In this document: positions 10,735 to 20,103 of the stretch, one piece after another
How positions within the stretch are numbered: position 1 is the stretch's first letter
Layout of the letters: the number at the start of each line of letters is the position of its first letter
Assembly (NCBI GenBank): GCA_965222605.1
Contig: OZ244960.1
Span: 736,001-800,000 of the forward strand
Direction: 5' to 3'
Origin: Candidatus Latescibacterota bacterium
Lineage (GTDB): Bacteria > Latescibacterota > UBA2968
DNA: 64,000 nucleotides
Made by a program: the position numbers and the translations under genes
Notes under the pieces: model-generated
What the model was told of the DNA's origin: nothing
Databases searched by the model: none
The model's input: the letters and a program-made list of their open reading frames with translations, nothing else

Positions 10735-11565
10735 TTAAACATCTCTATCATCCCGGGCAATCACATCCTCTTTGCGAAGCGGTTCCTCTGTGCATATCGA
10801 ATCCAGGAATGGATACGATATATGACTGCGCTTTGCTTCACGTCTTAAACGAAGTTGATAGAGTTCCCGCACACAACGTGCTTTTGTAGTTTCATCGAGT
10901 ACAGCGGGGCAGTGGCGTTGAATATAGTACAGCGCGTAACCCTTCTCCACTTTGATGGGGCCAATCACCCCACCTACCTCAGCGGCAAATAATAGGGGTG
11001 CAACGTCATTGGGAAAGTCTCGTCGCCCAAGACGGCCGAGATACCCACTAACAGGACGCGTTTGTTTATCGAGCGAATATTGACGCGCCAGAGTGTGAAA
11101 ATCTCGCCCTCCGTCCCTGATTTGCATGGCAATCTCTTCGGCAATATCCCGTTCATTAACCAGAATCCAGCATATTTCCCGACGTTCAGACGCCAGTTTC
11201 TGGCTTGCAAAATGAGCTTGAATCTGTTCAGTGGTGATTTGCGCTTTTAACCGCTCCTGGAGCATCTGATATTCAATTTCCCGTGCCATATCGGCAAAAG
11301 AGATATTGCGTTGCGATAAATAGTTCTCCGTATCCTCAACACTTTCCAATCTGTTTTTGTACCGCCATTGATCCATCCTCTTTTGCAGTTCATCACGAGA
11401 AATTTCAATTTTTTCTCGTTGGGCAATTTGAAAAACCAGACCGCGTTGCGTGAAGAAATCGTGCAATGTATCCTTGCCGGTCGCCCGCATGGATTTCACG
11501 ATATGGGATAAACGAATTTGCGTCTCGTCAATTTGAATGATGACGGGATCAATTAAATCAGCCAT
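10735..11565 (-). CDS. PpiC/parvulin-type peptidyl-prolyl isomerase (foldase)
   Basis: FHTLARQYSLD...GYLG...VIGPIK rotamase motif after a helical SurA-like region. Confidence 0.82.
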   Translation of the reverse strand: MADLIDPVIIQIDETQIRLSHIVKSMRATGKDTLHDFFTQRGLVFQIAQREKIEISRDELQKRMDQWRYKNRLESVEDTENYLSQRNISFADMAREIEYQMLQERLKAQITTEQIQAHFASQKLASERREICWILVNERDIAEEIAMQIRDGGRDFHTLARQYSLDKQTRPVSGYLGRLGRRDFPNDVAPLLFAAEVGGVIGPIKVEKGYALYYIQRHCPAVLDETTKARCVRELYQLRLRREAKRSHISYPFLDSICTEEPLRKEDVIARDDRDV

Positions 11566-12909
11566 CTACTCCTCTGGCGAAAGCGCGGCCATTTCGCGCA
11601 ATTGCCGCAGTGGATTGAGTGCGAGCATCAAAATGGACTGGCGATCTGTTATGATTTCCGCCGTGCCCTTCATGCCGAGCATGAATGCTTTTTCCTCACC
11701 GTGTACAAAAATGGTGGTGTTCTCCAGATCAATGATGCCTCTAAACACGGTTCCCGTACCCTCATCGCCCATTGCATCAGGTGAAATCTGTCTCAAATAG
11801 CCGTGCTGGATGCCGTAGTCCTGAAAGGGAAACGCTTCAAATTTGAGCTTTACCTTTTGTCCAGATGACAGCAGACCCACATCTTTGTTCAAGATCAGGG
11901 CTTCGGCTACAATCGGTGTCGAGGCCGGTGCGATGGTTACCAGTGTCTGGCCTTTATTAACCACTTGACCGGGTGTATTGACCAGAACTTGTGTGACGAT
12001 TCCCGATCCGGGTGCAAGAATCAAATCGATGTCCGCATCAACGGATCGGTTAACCGCTTGTTTCGCCCGTTTGAGTCTGATTGCTGCAATGTCATAAGCA
12101 TTTTGGAAATTTGCCCCGGTGCGTTCGATTTCGAGTCGTTCTTCGAGAATTTGGCGTTTTAAGTCCTTTAGGGAAACCTCATAGCGATTGATCTCTGCCA
12201 TCCGCGCGGGCAGTTCTGCCAATGCGCTCAGATAGCGAACTTTGGCTTCATTGAGGGCCGCAAGGCTGATGAGTTTTTTTTCGTACAATTTTTGGTTTTG
12301 CTCATATCGCTGTTTCAAATGTTCTACTTCTGCGGAGCGGAATTGTATTTCGATCTCAATGTCTGGGGGCTGGGAAGTTGTGTTCTGCGTTTCTGTGTGA
12401 TTTTCAAGTGCTTCCCTATAGGTCTCCATCGCGGTTTGCATGACGCGAACGCGATGTTCAAGCGCAGAAATGGTCTCCTTTGCCAAAATTCTTTTTTGCG
12501 GTAGGGTTTGTTGTAAATCAAATTCAGCTTGTTTGAAAGCGATCTCTGCTTGTTCCAATTCGTAGAACTCTTTGAGGGTTTCTTGCGAGCGAAGTCTGAA
12601 TAATATCTGTCCTTCGGCAATATGATCTCCCGAATGAATAGCGATTTCCTGGATTTCACCAGAACGCGGTGCCTGGATGTTCTGAACTTTTCCCAATGGG
12701 ACCAGACGGAATGGGGCCGTTGCGACAATATCGACCTGACCGTACCAGGCCCATGCTATGGAGATGGCAATAAAAAGCAGTAAGACATAAATAAGTGCGC
12801 GGCTGAAAAAGGGGTGCAATGACCCTAAAAACTCGATGGTGCTTTCGGCCAGGTCAGTTTCGTGTTCAAGCGGTTCTTCCCGTGGTTTTTCAACTTGAGC
12901 TTCAGCCAT
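11566..12909 (-). CDS. HlyD-family type I secretion membrane fusion protein
   Basis: N-terminal TM helix, lipoyl-like halves, long coiled coil, EAFPFQDYG and GMKGTAEI motifs. Confidence 0.92.
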   Translation of the reverse strand: MAEAQVEKPREEPLEHETDLAESTIEFLGSLHPFFSRALIYVLLLFIAISIAWAWYGQVDIVATAPFRLVPLGKVQNIQAPRSGEIQEIAIHSGDHIAEGQILFRLRSQETLKEFYELEQAEIAFKQAEFDLQQTLPQKRILAKETISALEHRVRVMQTAMETYREALENHTETQNTTSQPPDIEIEIQFRSAEVEHLKQRYEQNQKLYEKKLISLAALNEAKVRYLSALAELPARMAEINRYEVSLKDLKRQILEERLEIERTGANFQNAYDIAAIRLKRAKQAVNRSVDADIDLILAPGSGIVTQVLVNTPGQVVNKGQTLVTIAPASTPIVAEALILNKDVGLLSSGQKVKLKFEAFPFQDYGIQHGYLRQISPDAMGDEGTGTVFRGIIDLENTTIFVHGEEKAFMLGMKGTAEIITDRQSILMLALNPLRQLREMAALSPEE

Positions 12910-13014
12910 TGAAACTCCATAACTGATATTAAATGAGGAGTGTGCATAATTCTTGTGTTGTGGTACAACGACGTATAGAGTTTTTTTAATATTTTTCTTT
13001 TATGCCTTCGGCGA

Positions 13015-13046
13015 CTTCATTTTTTTGCGCGCCCAAAAAAATGAAG
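13015..13046. repeat. Perfect 13-bp-stem hairpin between the transporter and HlyD genes
   Basis: CTTCATTTTTTTG-cgcgcc-CAAAAAAATGAAG. Confidence 0.7.
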
Positions 13047-13180
13047 AAAAAAAAGGGCGCCCCTGCGGGGGGCTTGCACAGCGCGAATCGTTTGTGGGGA
13101 TTGCACGAAAGAAGGTGGCCTTCATAGTTTGGATGTATAATGGATGTCTGCTGCGATACGGACTTACGCGCTGTGCGAGT

Positions 13181-16156
13181 TTATACGACCTGTAATTGTT
13201 GTCCCGATAGATTATAATAAAGCCCGCGTTCTGCGATGAGCGTATCGTGCGTTCCCTGTTCGACGATATTCCCGTCATCCAGTACAAGGATTAAATCCGC
13301 ATCTTTGACTGTGCTCACCCGGTGGGCGATGATAAATGCGGTCTTACCTTCCAGCATGGTGTCCAATCCCTCCTGAATCGCCCGCTCGGACTCTGTATCC
13401 AGGGCATTTGTGGCTTCGTCAAAGATGAGGATTTTGGGGTCGCCATATAGTGCCCGGGCAATGGACAGGCGTTGCCGCTGACCGCCGGAAAGTCCCACGC
13501 CCTGTTCCCGAATTTTGGTTTCATATCCCATTGGCAGGTCTTTGATAAAGTCGTGGGCATAAGCGAGTTTGGAGACTTCCATCAAACGGTCCATATCGAC
13601 GTCTTTGACCCCGATGGCGATATTTTCGGCGATGGTGGCATTGAACATGACGGGTTCTTGCAAAACCATCCCCACCTGACGCCGCAGCCATCCGGGATCA
13701 AATTCGCGCAGGTCTGTATCATCGAGGGTGACGGATCCCTCTGTGGGATCAAATAGCCGGGGTATGAGTTTTACCAGCGTTGTTTTGCCAGCACCGCTGC
13801 GGCCAACTATGGCTACTTTCTGACCGGGCCTTATGTCCAAATTTATATCGCTTAAGACATAAGGCTCTGTCGATCCCGATCCATACCGAAAGAACACCTT
13901 GTCAAATGCGATATGTCCCTCTACGTCTGTGAGTTGAACCGAATAGTTGCGATTGCGCGATGACTCGGTTCGCATATCGTAGATATCGTTTAAGCGGTCC
14001 AGCCCCAATTTTGCCAGTTGAATCTGCGGCCACAGGTTGATCAATCCCATAATCGGTCCCAACACACTGCCGCTGAGCATATTGAAAGCGATAAGCTGAC
14101 CGACCGATAAGTCGCCCTGAATGACCAGATTCGCGCCATACCAGAGCACGACCGTGCTGCCCACAACACTGTTCAACTGTCCCAAAGACCCAAATAGCAT
14201 ATTTGTCTTAATCGCGGTAAAACCGATTTTTATCTCCTGAGTCAAGCGTTCTTCCCACAACCATCGCGTGGATTTTTCGACTGCGAGGGTTTTTATGACC
14301 TCAATCCCGCGCAGGGAATCGATGAGCACAGATGACCATTCCGAGCGGGCGAGAAAAGAGCGCTGGTTGATGGACTTGAGGATTGGGGTGTAGATTAAGG
14401 TCAGGACAATGCTAAATGGTATGAATGCCAGAACCCAAAGTGTCAAAGTGGTGTGGTAATAGAACATCAGGCCCAGATAGACAAAGATCATGACCGCATC
14501 TAAGACGGCTGAAATAGCCGTTTCTGTCAACAAGCTCCTCAAGTACTGGCTCTCTCGAAATCGCGTCATGATGTCACCGGTTCTGCGCAGGGCGAAAAAC
14601 CGCATGGGCAAACGGAGAAGATGATGGTAGATATGCGATAACATCGAGATGCTGATGCGCGCACCCACATATCCAATCAGGTAGTTGCGCAGTGATGATG
14701 TGGCTATCCGAAATAAGGCGATGATGATCATGCCCATGAGCAGGAGATTGAGCAGACCGGTATCCTGGTGAACGAGGACTTGATCGAGGATCATCTGGGT
14801 GAACAGGGGTGAGGCAAGGCCAAAGATATTCAGCACAAGGGAGGCCATCGTAATTTCGGTGAGAATACCGAGATATGGGCGGGCGAGCGGGAAAAACCGC
14901 CTGAACGATGATTTTCTCCCCCTATATCTCGAGACCTTGTCGGTATATTCGAGTATTAAGGCGAGTTTGGACCACTTGTCTTCAAATTCTTTGCGGGAAA
15001 TTTTTCTGCGCCCGAGCGCGGGGTCTGCTATCCAGGCGTATTTTGAATTGATCCGATACAGGACGACAAAGTGATAGCCTTCCCAGTGCGCAATGAGGGG
15101 CAGGTCTCTTTCTCCGATTTCACTGTATCCTATCCGCACGCCGCGCGTTAGAAAGCCCAGGTTTTCAGCGGCTTCGGCAAGTGCGGATAAGGATGTGCCT
15201 TCCCGCGAGACATTGGCCATGTCTCGCAGGCGATTTAATCCAATGGATCGCCCGTAATATTGACAGATCATGCCGAGACAGGCCGCGCCGCAATCGGTCT
15301 CATCGTGTTGCTTGATATAGGGAAATGTGATGTAGTTGCGCAGTTTTCGAGGACTTTGATCCGAGATGCTATTTTCAGGCTCGATCTCTATCGTTTTAAT
15401 TCGACCATTTTGCGGCAATGTTTCGAGCGGCTCTTCTTGTTCATCCTGGGCAGTTTTCTCGAAAACCCGAATGAGTTGGGGTGCTCTTTCAAGCACGCTA
15501 ACAAGGTCGATGTGCGAAAGGATGTAAAGCACCACTTCTGTTTCAGTTTCAATAATGAGCTGATCATCTGTGCCGCCAAAAAACTCACCCGGCTTTAATC
15601 TTTTGGCGGGTTGGTCCGCCTCTTTCAATCGCAAGGTTCCGCGCCCAATGAGATAGAGCCTTTTTGCTTCTTCATCCCTCCATACTGCTTTTTCCCCTGC
15701 TGCAATAACCTTTCGCTCCAGACATTGAAAGAAAAGCTGCATGGCTTCATGGAGGTTTACAGTGTCCAGTTCTATGAATTTTGTGAAGTCCCGATAGGCG
15801 ATGTCTCGCACCTGATCAAGCAGGTAATATTTCAGTTCTCGATACTCTGATACGAGGGCACGAAAGTTGCTCTGAGAAATTTTCAGCACGGTTGAGGGTT
15901 CAACCGCCCGAACCGTTGCCCTGCGCGGTTTGCCCGTGAGCAACGCGCCTTCTCCGCAATGGTCGCCGGGAAAGAGATAGCTTAGGGTTTGCATCTGGTC
16001 ATTGCTGTCTCTCGTTAAGACCCTGAGTTGCCCAGATACGACATAATAAAAGCAATCGCCCCTATCGCCTTCATAAAACAAGACCTCTCCGAGATTGGCC
16101 TGCATTTCCTCTGCATGAGGTCTCAGAGAGGCATATAGATCGGTTGGTTTCATCAT
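13181..16156 (-). CDS. Peptidase-containing ABC transporter (PCAT) with N-terminal cNMP-binding domains, C39 peptidase, TMD and ATPase
   Basis: cNMP domain (GDHCGE..RRATVRA) plus a second degenerate one; C39 QHDETDCGAACL, HWEGYHFVV, IADP; Walker A GRSGAGKT; LSGGQRQR; ILIFDE. Confidence 0.95.
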   Translation of the reverse strand: MMKPTDLYASLRPHAEEMQANLGEVLFYEGDRGDCFYYVVSGQLRVLTRDSNDQMQTLSYLFPGDHCGEGALLTGKPRRATVRAVEPSTVLKISQSNFRALVSEYRELKYYLLDQVRDIAYRDFTKFIELDTVNLHEAMQLFFQCLERKVIAAGEKAVWRDEEAKRLYLIGRGTLRLKEADQPAKRLKPGEFFGGTDDQLIIETETEVVLYILSHIDLVSVLERAPQLIRVFEKTAQDEQEEPLETLPQNGRIKTIEIEPENSISDQSPRKLRNYITFPYIKQHDETDCGAACLGMICQYYGRSIGLNRLRDMANVSREGTSLSALAEAAENLGFLTRGVRIGYSEIGERDLPLIAHWEGYHFVVLYRINSKYAWIADPALGRRKISRKEFEDKWSKLALILEYTDKVSRYRGRKSSFRRFFPLARPYLGILTEITMASLVLNIFGLASPLFTQMILDQVLVHQDTGLLNLLLMGMIIIALFRIATSSLRNYLIGYVGARISISMLSHIYHHLLRLPMRFFALRRTGDIMTRFRESQYLRSLLTETAISAVLDAVMIFVYLGLMFYYHTTLTLWVLAFIPFSIVLTLIYTPILKSINQRSFLARSEWSSVLIDSLRGIEVIKTLAVEKSTRWLWEERLTQEIKIGFTAIKTNMLFGSLGQLNSVVGSTVVLWYGANLVIQGDLSVGQLIAFNMLSGSVLGPIMGLINLWPQIQLAKLGLDRLNDIYDMRTESSRNRNYSVQLTDVEGHIAFDKVFFRYGSGSTEPYVLSDINLDIRPGQKVAIVGRSGAGKTTLVKLIPRLFDPTEGSVTLDDTDLREFDPGWLRRQVGMVLQEPVMFNATIAENIAIGVKDVDMDRLMEVSKLAYAHDFIKDLPMGYETKIREQGVGLSGGQRQRLSIARALYGDPKILIFDEATNALDTESERAIQEGLDTMLEGKTAFIIAHRVSTVKDADLILVLDDGNIVEQGTHDTLIAERGLYYNLSGQQLQVV

Positions 16157-16211
16157 ATTCTCAAATGCAACAAATGCCTGGGGTTATGTATGAAAGGAAT
16201 ATATGCGATAC

Positions 16212-16266
16212 GTAGAGGCGGTGCCCCCGTATAAAAGCACTACGGGGCAGGCTCCTGTGCCCGCCC
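16212..16266. repeat. REP-like GTAG-type palindromic element
   Basis: GTAGAGGCGG...CCCGCCC enclosing the inverted repeat TGCCCC(C)GTA...TACGGGGCA. Confidence 0.45.
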
Positions 16267-16308
16267 GTTCTGATCCTTTTTGTTTCGACCCGTTTTGCAT
16301 ATAATCGT

Positions 16309-16909
16309 TTACTCAGCTTCAAATACACCCCACTTTGAGTCGGGTGAGTCCTTGATTATTTCATTGTCCGAAAGCAGGACATGAAATCTGTATCGACTTC
16401 TGCTAAAAGGCATCCAGGTATAAATGGAATAGCAACGGCGGCAAGCCGTTATCTTGAACTCTGTGTCGCATGGAATACAGTCCCAAAACCCTGCCGGTTT
16501 TCTTTGGCATCGCAGGCACTCAACTTGTTCAATCAGGTTTTTATTTCGTTCCTGGAATTTCGCCAATTCATTAGGAGACACTACGGAGCCTATATACCAT
16601 ACACCTGAAGAGTTGCACACCTTGCAAAGATCTTTCGTCACCATCCATCGTTCGTTTTTCGCCCGAAAAATCATCGTACACAATCAGGCAATTGTTACAA
16701 GCGAAAATGCCCTCCACGCCTGGCTCGCGGTCCTCAAACCGCCTGAAGTATTCCAGAATATCGGCCTTATCATCATCGGGCAATTTTTCATAAGGCTGTA
16801 TTTTGGATCCACACTCCTCACAGGAGTAGCCAAAGAAATTCTTTGCCAATCTACCACCAATTCCCAGGAATACGATAATGAGAATGGTCAAAATAATAAA
16901 CGCTTCCAC
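16309..16909 (-). pseudogene. Frameshifted membrane-anchored multi-CxxC (zinc ribbon) protein
   Basis: ORFs 16571..16909 (TM, CEEC, CNNC) and 16309..16683 (CKVC, CLRC, CIPC, CRRC) overlap in different frames and join near 16630; AGGA RBS before the GTG at 16909. Confidence 0.6.
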
Positions 16910-17201
16910 GGTCGGTTCCTCATGTTAGTGGTTATTGCTACGTCCTCTGCCCTACGGTTTTGCATCCTGCTCATACTCACTGCGCTGCATTGTAGAGCTT
17001 GCACTGGAGCAATGTCACGCGCAGCACAACGCCAGTAATCCAGTGCCGCGCCTGCGCTGTAGTTGACCTTGCCTTTTCTCTACTCCATTATCCTATCTGC
17101 CTCTGGCACATGGAGATGCTACGTTCTCTGATCTACGGGTTTTCATCCCTGTTCATCGGTGGTTATCGGTGGTTGCTTTTTTGGGGTTGCTTTTATCTTA
17201 T

Positions 17202-18560
17202 CTATTCAATCAATTCTTTGACGCCGTGAACGCGAATATCAACTTCAGGCAAGTGTTTATTCAGAATGTCTGTGATGTGATCCTGTGGTCCGACAAAGAT
17301 CATGATCATATTTTCTGGCACAAAGAACTTTTCGAGAAAAGCTCGCACCTCAGCATCAGTGACTGCATCATAACCGCCTTTTCGGTGTGGTCTGTTGTAA
17401 ATGGCTTTATTTACCTCACGGTCAAGACTTCGTTGGGGTGTCAGGTTATGGACATAAGAAACTTTGAGAATCTCACGTCTTTCTTTTAGTGCCTCCCAAA
17501 AACGAGGGTTATCGGAAAGTCCTCGGATGAAATCGGACATTTTTAAGATCAATTCTTCGCTGTTATGAAGCTGGGGATCAGCATAAATATTAAGATATCT
17601 GATGCCTTCTGACCATCGTATCTGACAAGAAGGGCCATAGACCAATCCCAATTTTTGTCTGAAATACCGATGAATCAGACCTTGGGCATCATCCAGAAGT
17701 GCATCTGATACGAGTGTGGTAATATAGGTTTCTTCACCAACACTACCACAGGGGATTAACCAAGAGCAGAACACACTCTTTACATTTGAATTAAAGACAA
17801 AAGCCGAAGAACCAATGTTATAATCCGTTGTTGGAAATTTCAGTGAATGCACAAACCCGCTTGCCTGCCTACCTGAGGCAGACGCAAGCAGGCCCGCCTG
17901 CCGTGTCTCTATAATTGGACTAAGCAACTTAGTAACCTCAGTGGAATCGAGATCTGAAATCACCTTAAAAAACACCACGTCTGTTTTCAGTAGTCGATCA
18001 TAATATTGCGTGATGTCCTTAAGCGAGAGATTCATCAGCGTTTTTAAGGACTTGAGTTTCTTGATGCCTTTTGTTTGTGCAACTGCAAAATTTCTCATAA
18101 GCGGAAGGGGGGTTCTCCTGAGATAATTCTGGTAATCAGTAACCATCAGTTTTTTCACGTATCGCAAGTCAGACTCAGAAAATTCGAGATTATATATGAG
18201 ATTGCGAACTATTTCTATGGACTCAGCGCAGTTCTCAGATAGACCATAAATAGATATTGTATGGTAAAGGGTCTGGGTAGAGACATTTAGACGGGTACCT
18301 AATGCTTCCAGTTGATCCATGTGCCCATGCTTTTTGGCAGCTTCCTGAATCAATTTTGAGACTGTTACTGCAAGCCCAATCTGAGAAGGTGGTTCCTGTT
18401 TGCTTCCCGCACCGAGGAAGACAGTCTCAATTTTTGTCAACGGGGCGCGTTTGTCGTTGGAATAAAAAATATGATGGTTGGAAATTTCTGCATAAGCGGG
18501 CAAGACGCCAACCACGTAACACAGGGCAGCGTTAAGCATCACTTTCAGAAACATATTCAT
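17202..18560 (-). CDS. M16B peptidase-like subunit, non-catalytic, secreted
   Basis: GAGSKQEP..QIGLA region without HxxEH; RQKLGLVYG (R/Y pair); signal peptide; overlaps the upstream M16 gene. Confidence 0.8.
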   Translation of the reverse strand: MNMFLKVMLNAALCYVVGVLPAYAEISNHHIFYSNDKRAPLTKIETVFLGAGSKQEPPSQIGLAVTVSKLIQEAAKKHGHMDQLEALGTRLNVSTQTLYHTISIYGLSENCAESIEIVRNLIYNLEFSESDLRYVKKLMVTDYQNYLRRTPLPLMRNFAVAQTKGIKKLKSLKTLMNLSLKDITQYYDRLLKTDVVFFKVISDLDSTEVTKLLSPIIETRQAGLLASASGRQASGFVHSLKFPTTDYNIGSSAFVFNSNVKSVFCSWLIPCGSVGEETYITTLVSDALLDDAQGLIHRYFRQKLGLVYGPSCQIRWSEGIRYLNIYADPQLHNSEELILKMSDFIRGLSDNPRFWEALKERREILKVSYVHNLTPQRSLDREVNKAIYNRPHRKGGYDAVTDAEVRAFLEKFFVPENMIMIFVGPQDHITDILNKHLPEVDIRVHGVKELIE

Positions 18561-20034
18561 TAGCCTTTCGAGAGAACTTCCGATGCATTTTTTTTCCACC
18601 CCATACCAACAATGCAACAAGACATCCCAACAGTGTTAGAAGACCTACGCATGCCAATACTATAATTCCATAGGCTAAGGGGGTTCGCGGAGGGGATTTT
18701 TTCGTTTCGGGCATGGTTAAGGAATGGGTTATCGAATTGTCATCTCTCAAGTATTGATCAATGATGCGCGGGATATCTTCTCTACGAATGGATTTGAGGT
18801 TTTTTATCAATTTGGGATATAAGAGGGGATTGTTGGCGTGAGCGAATGCCTGCCCAAATGAAGAAGCCATACTTGAGCGATTGTAAAATGTGGAATACAG
18901 TGTGGTCAACTGCTGGTTTCGAGCCGCATTGAGTTCTGTTTCGGAGATTGATTTCAGTTTTTCTAATTCTGATTGGATCATGGCATGAAGCGTATTTCTG
19001 GACGTATCATGGGGCAGTTCTGCATAGCAACTCATCAAGCCAAATCCTTTATAGCTGTTAAGCGACACGCTGAAAGATTTTGCAAGCCCTGAATCAACTA
19101 AAGAAGACCTCAATGAATTTGAGGGTTTCTCCAAAACGCGCTCCAAAATGAGCAGGCCAGCATAGTCGCGATGTCCTAAATTGGGTATGTACCAGCCCTT
19201 TCTGAATATGGTAAGACTGAAACTTTTCGAAGTGAGTTTTAATCTTTTTCCGAGCACTTCATAGTTAGGGTAGTAAGGCGCGGGCAATTCACTCGATAAC
19301 TTGTCTGGTATTTGCTCATTGCCATAAGCTTCATCCAGTTTTGTCAGGACATGCTCGACATCCACATCGCCGATCACAACAATCAATCTCTTTTGCAAGC
19401 GCAGAAAATTCTCATAGTAATCTTTCAAATTATCAGGTTTGAGTTGTTTAAGAAAATCCTCCCCACCAAGGCCATTAAAATTTTTCTTTTCATAGATTAA
19501 GCTAAAAAAATAATTCGCAGATCTGCGTGTTGGACTTGCCAGTCTGCGGCTTCTTTCTGTCAGGATGATTTTCTTGTCCTTTTCTACGACTTCCTCATTG
19601 ATTACTGTGTTGTAATATCTATCCGAGTCTATCTCAACTGCGAGGTCAAATTTATCCTTCGGAAAACTGAGTATGAAGCGCGTATAATGATAAGAAGTAG
19701 AGGCGTTTTTCCACCCCCCATTCTTGCTAACGATTTGGTTGAGTTTCCCATACTCATGACTTCCTGTACCTGACATGATATGCTCTAAGAAGTGTAGCCG
19801 TCCTTGTTTCCCTTCCGCTTCATCTGCTGAGCCAGCACCGTAGTAGGTCTGGTATTCAAATGTGGGAGATGTTCTATCTACCACGATAACAGCGTCGAGA
19901 TTGGGATTGATGGTATAATGTTGAGCGACGAGTTCTTTAGATAATGCTTCTGTTCCAATAAGCTGGTAGGCCGTGCAAGTACCTGTCGGTAAGACGCATA
20001 TAAGGAATGAGATGATCGCGCAGGTTTTTATCAT
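18532..20034 (-). CDS. M16B (pitrilysin family) zinc peptidase, catalytic subunit, with signal peptide and C-terminal TM anchor
   Basis: GSADE..G.LHFLEH inverted zinc motif, NASTS, VVIGDVD; hydrophobic C-terminal helix followed by basic residues. Confidence 0.9.
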   Translation of the reverse strand: MIKTCAIISFLICVLPTGTCTAYQLIGTEALSKELVAQHYTINPNLDAVIVVDRTSPTFEYQTYYGAGSADEAEGKQGRLHFLEHIMSGTGSHEYGKLNQIVSKNGGWKNASTSYHYTRFILSFPKDKFDLAVEIDSDRYYNTVINEEVVEKDKKIILTERSRRLASPTRRSANYFFSLIYEKKNFNGLGGEDFLKQLKPDNLKDYYENFLRLQKRLIVVIGDVDVEHVLTKLDEAYGNEQIPDKLSSELPAPYYPNYEVLGKRLKLTSKSFSLTIFRKGWYIPNLGHRDYAGLLILERVLEKPSNSLRSSLVDSGLAKSFSVSLNSYKGFGLMSCYAELPHDTSRNTLHAMIQSELEKLKSISETELNAARNQQLTTLYSTFYNRSSMASSFGQAFAHANNPLLYPKLIKNLKSIRREDIPRIIDQYLRDDNSITHSLTMPETKKSPPRTPLAYGIIVLACVGLLTLLGCLVALLVWGGKKMHRKFSRKANEYVSESDA

Positions 20035-20103
20035 GTTTGATACTCAGCAAAGTTGGAAGTGGCTGCTTCGTCTATATGTCTGGATACATTTTTACACTAC
20101 ACA

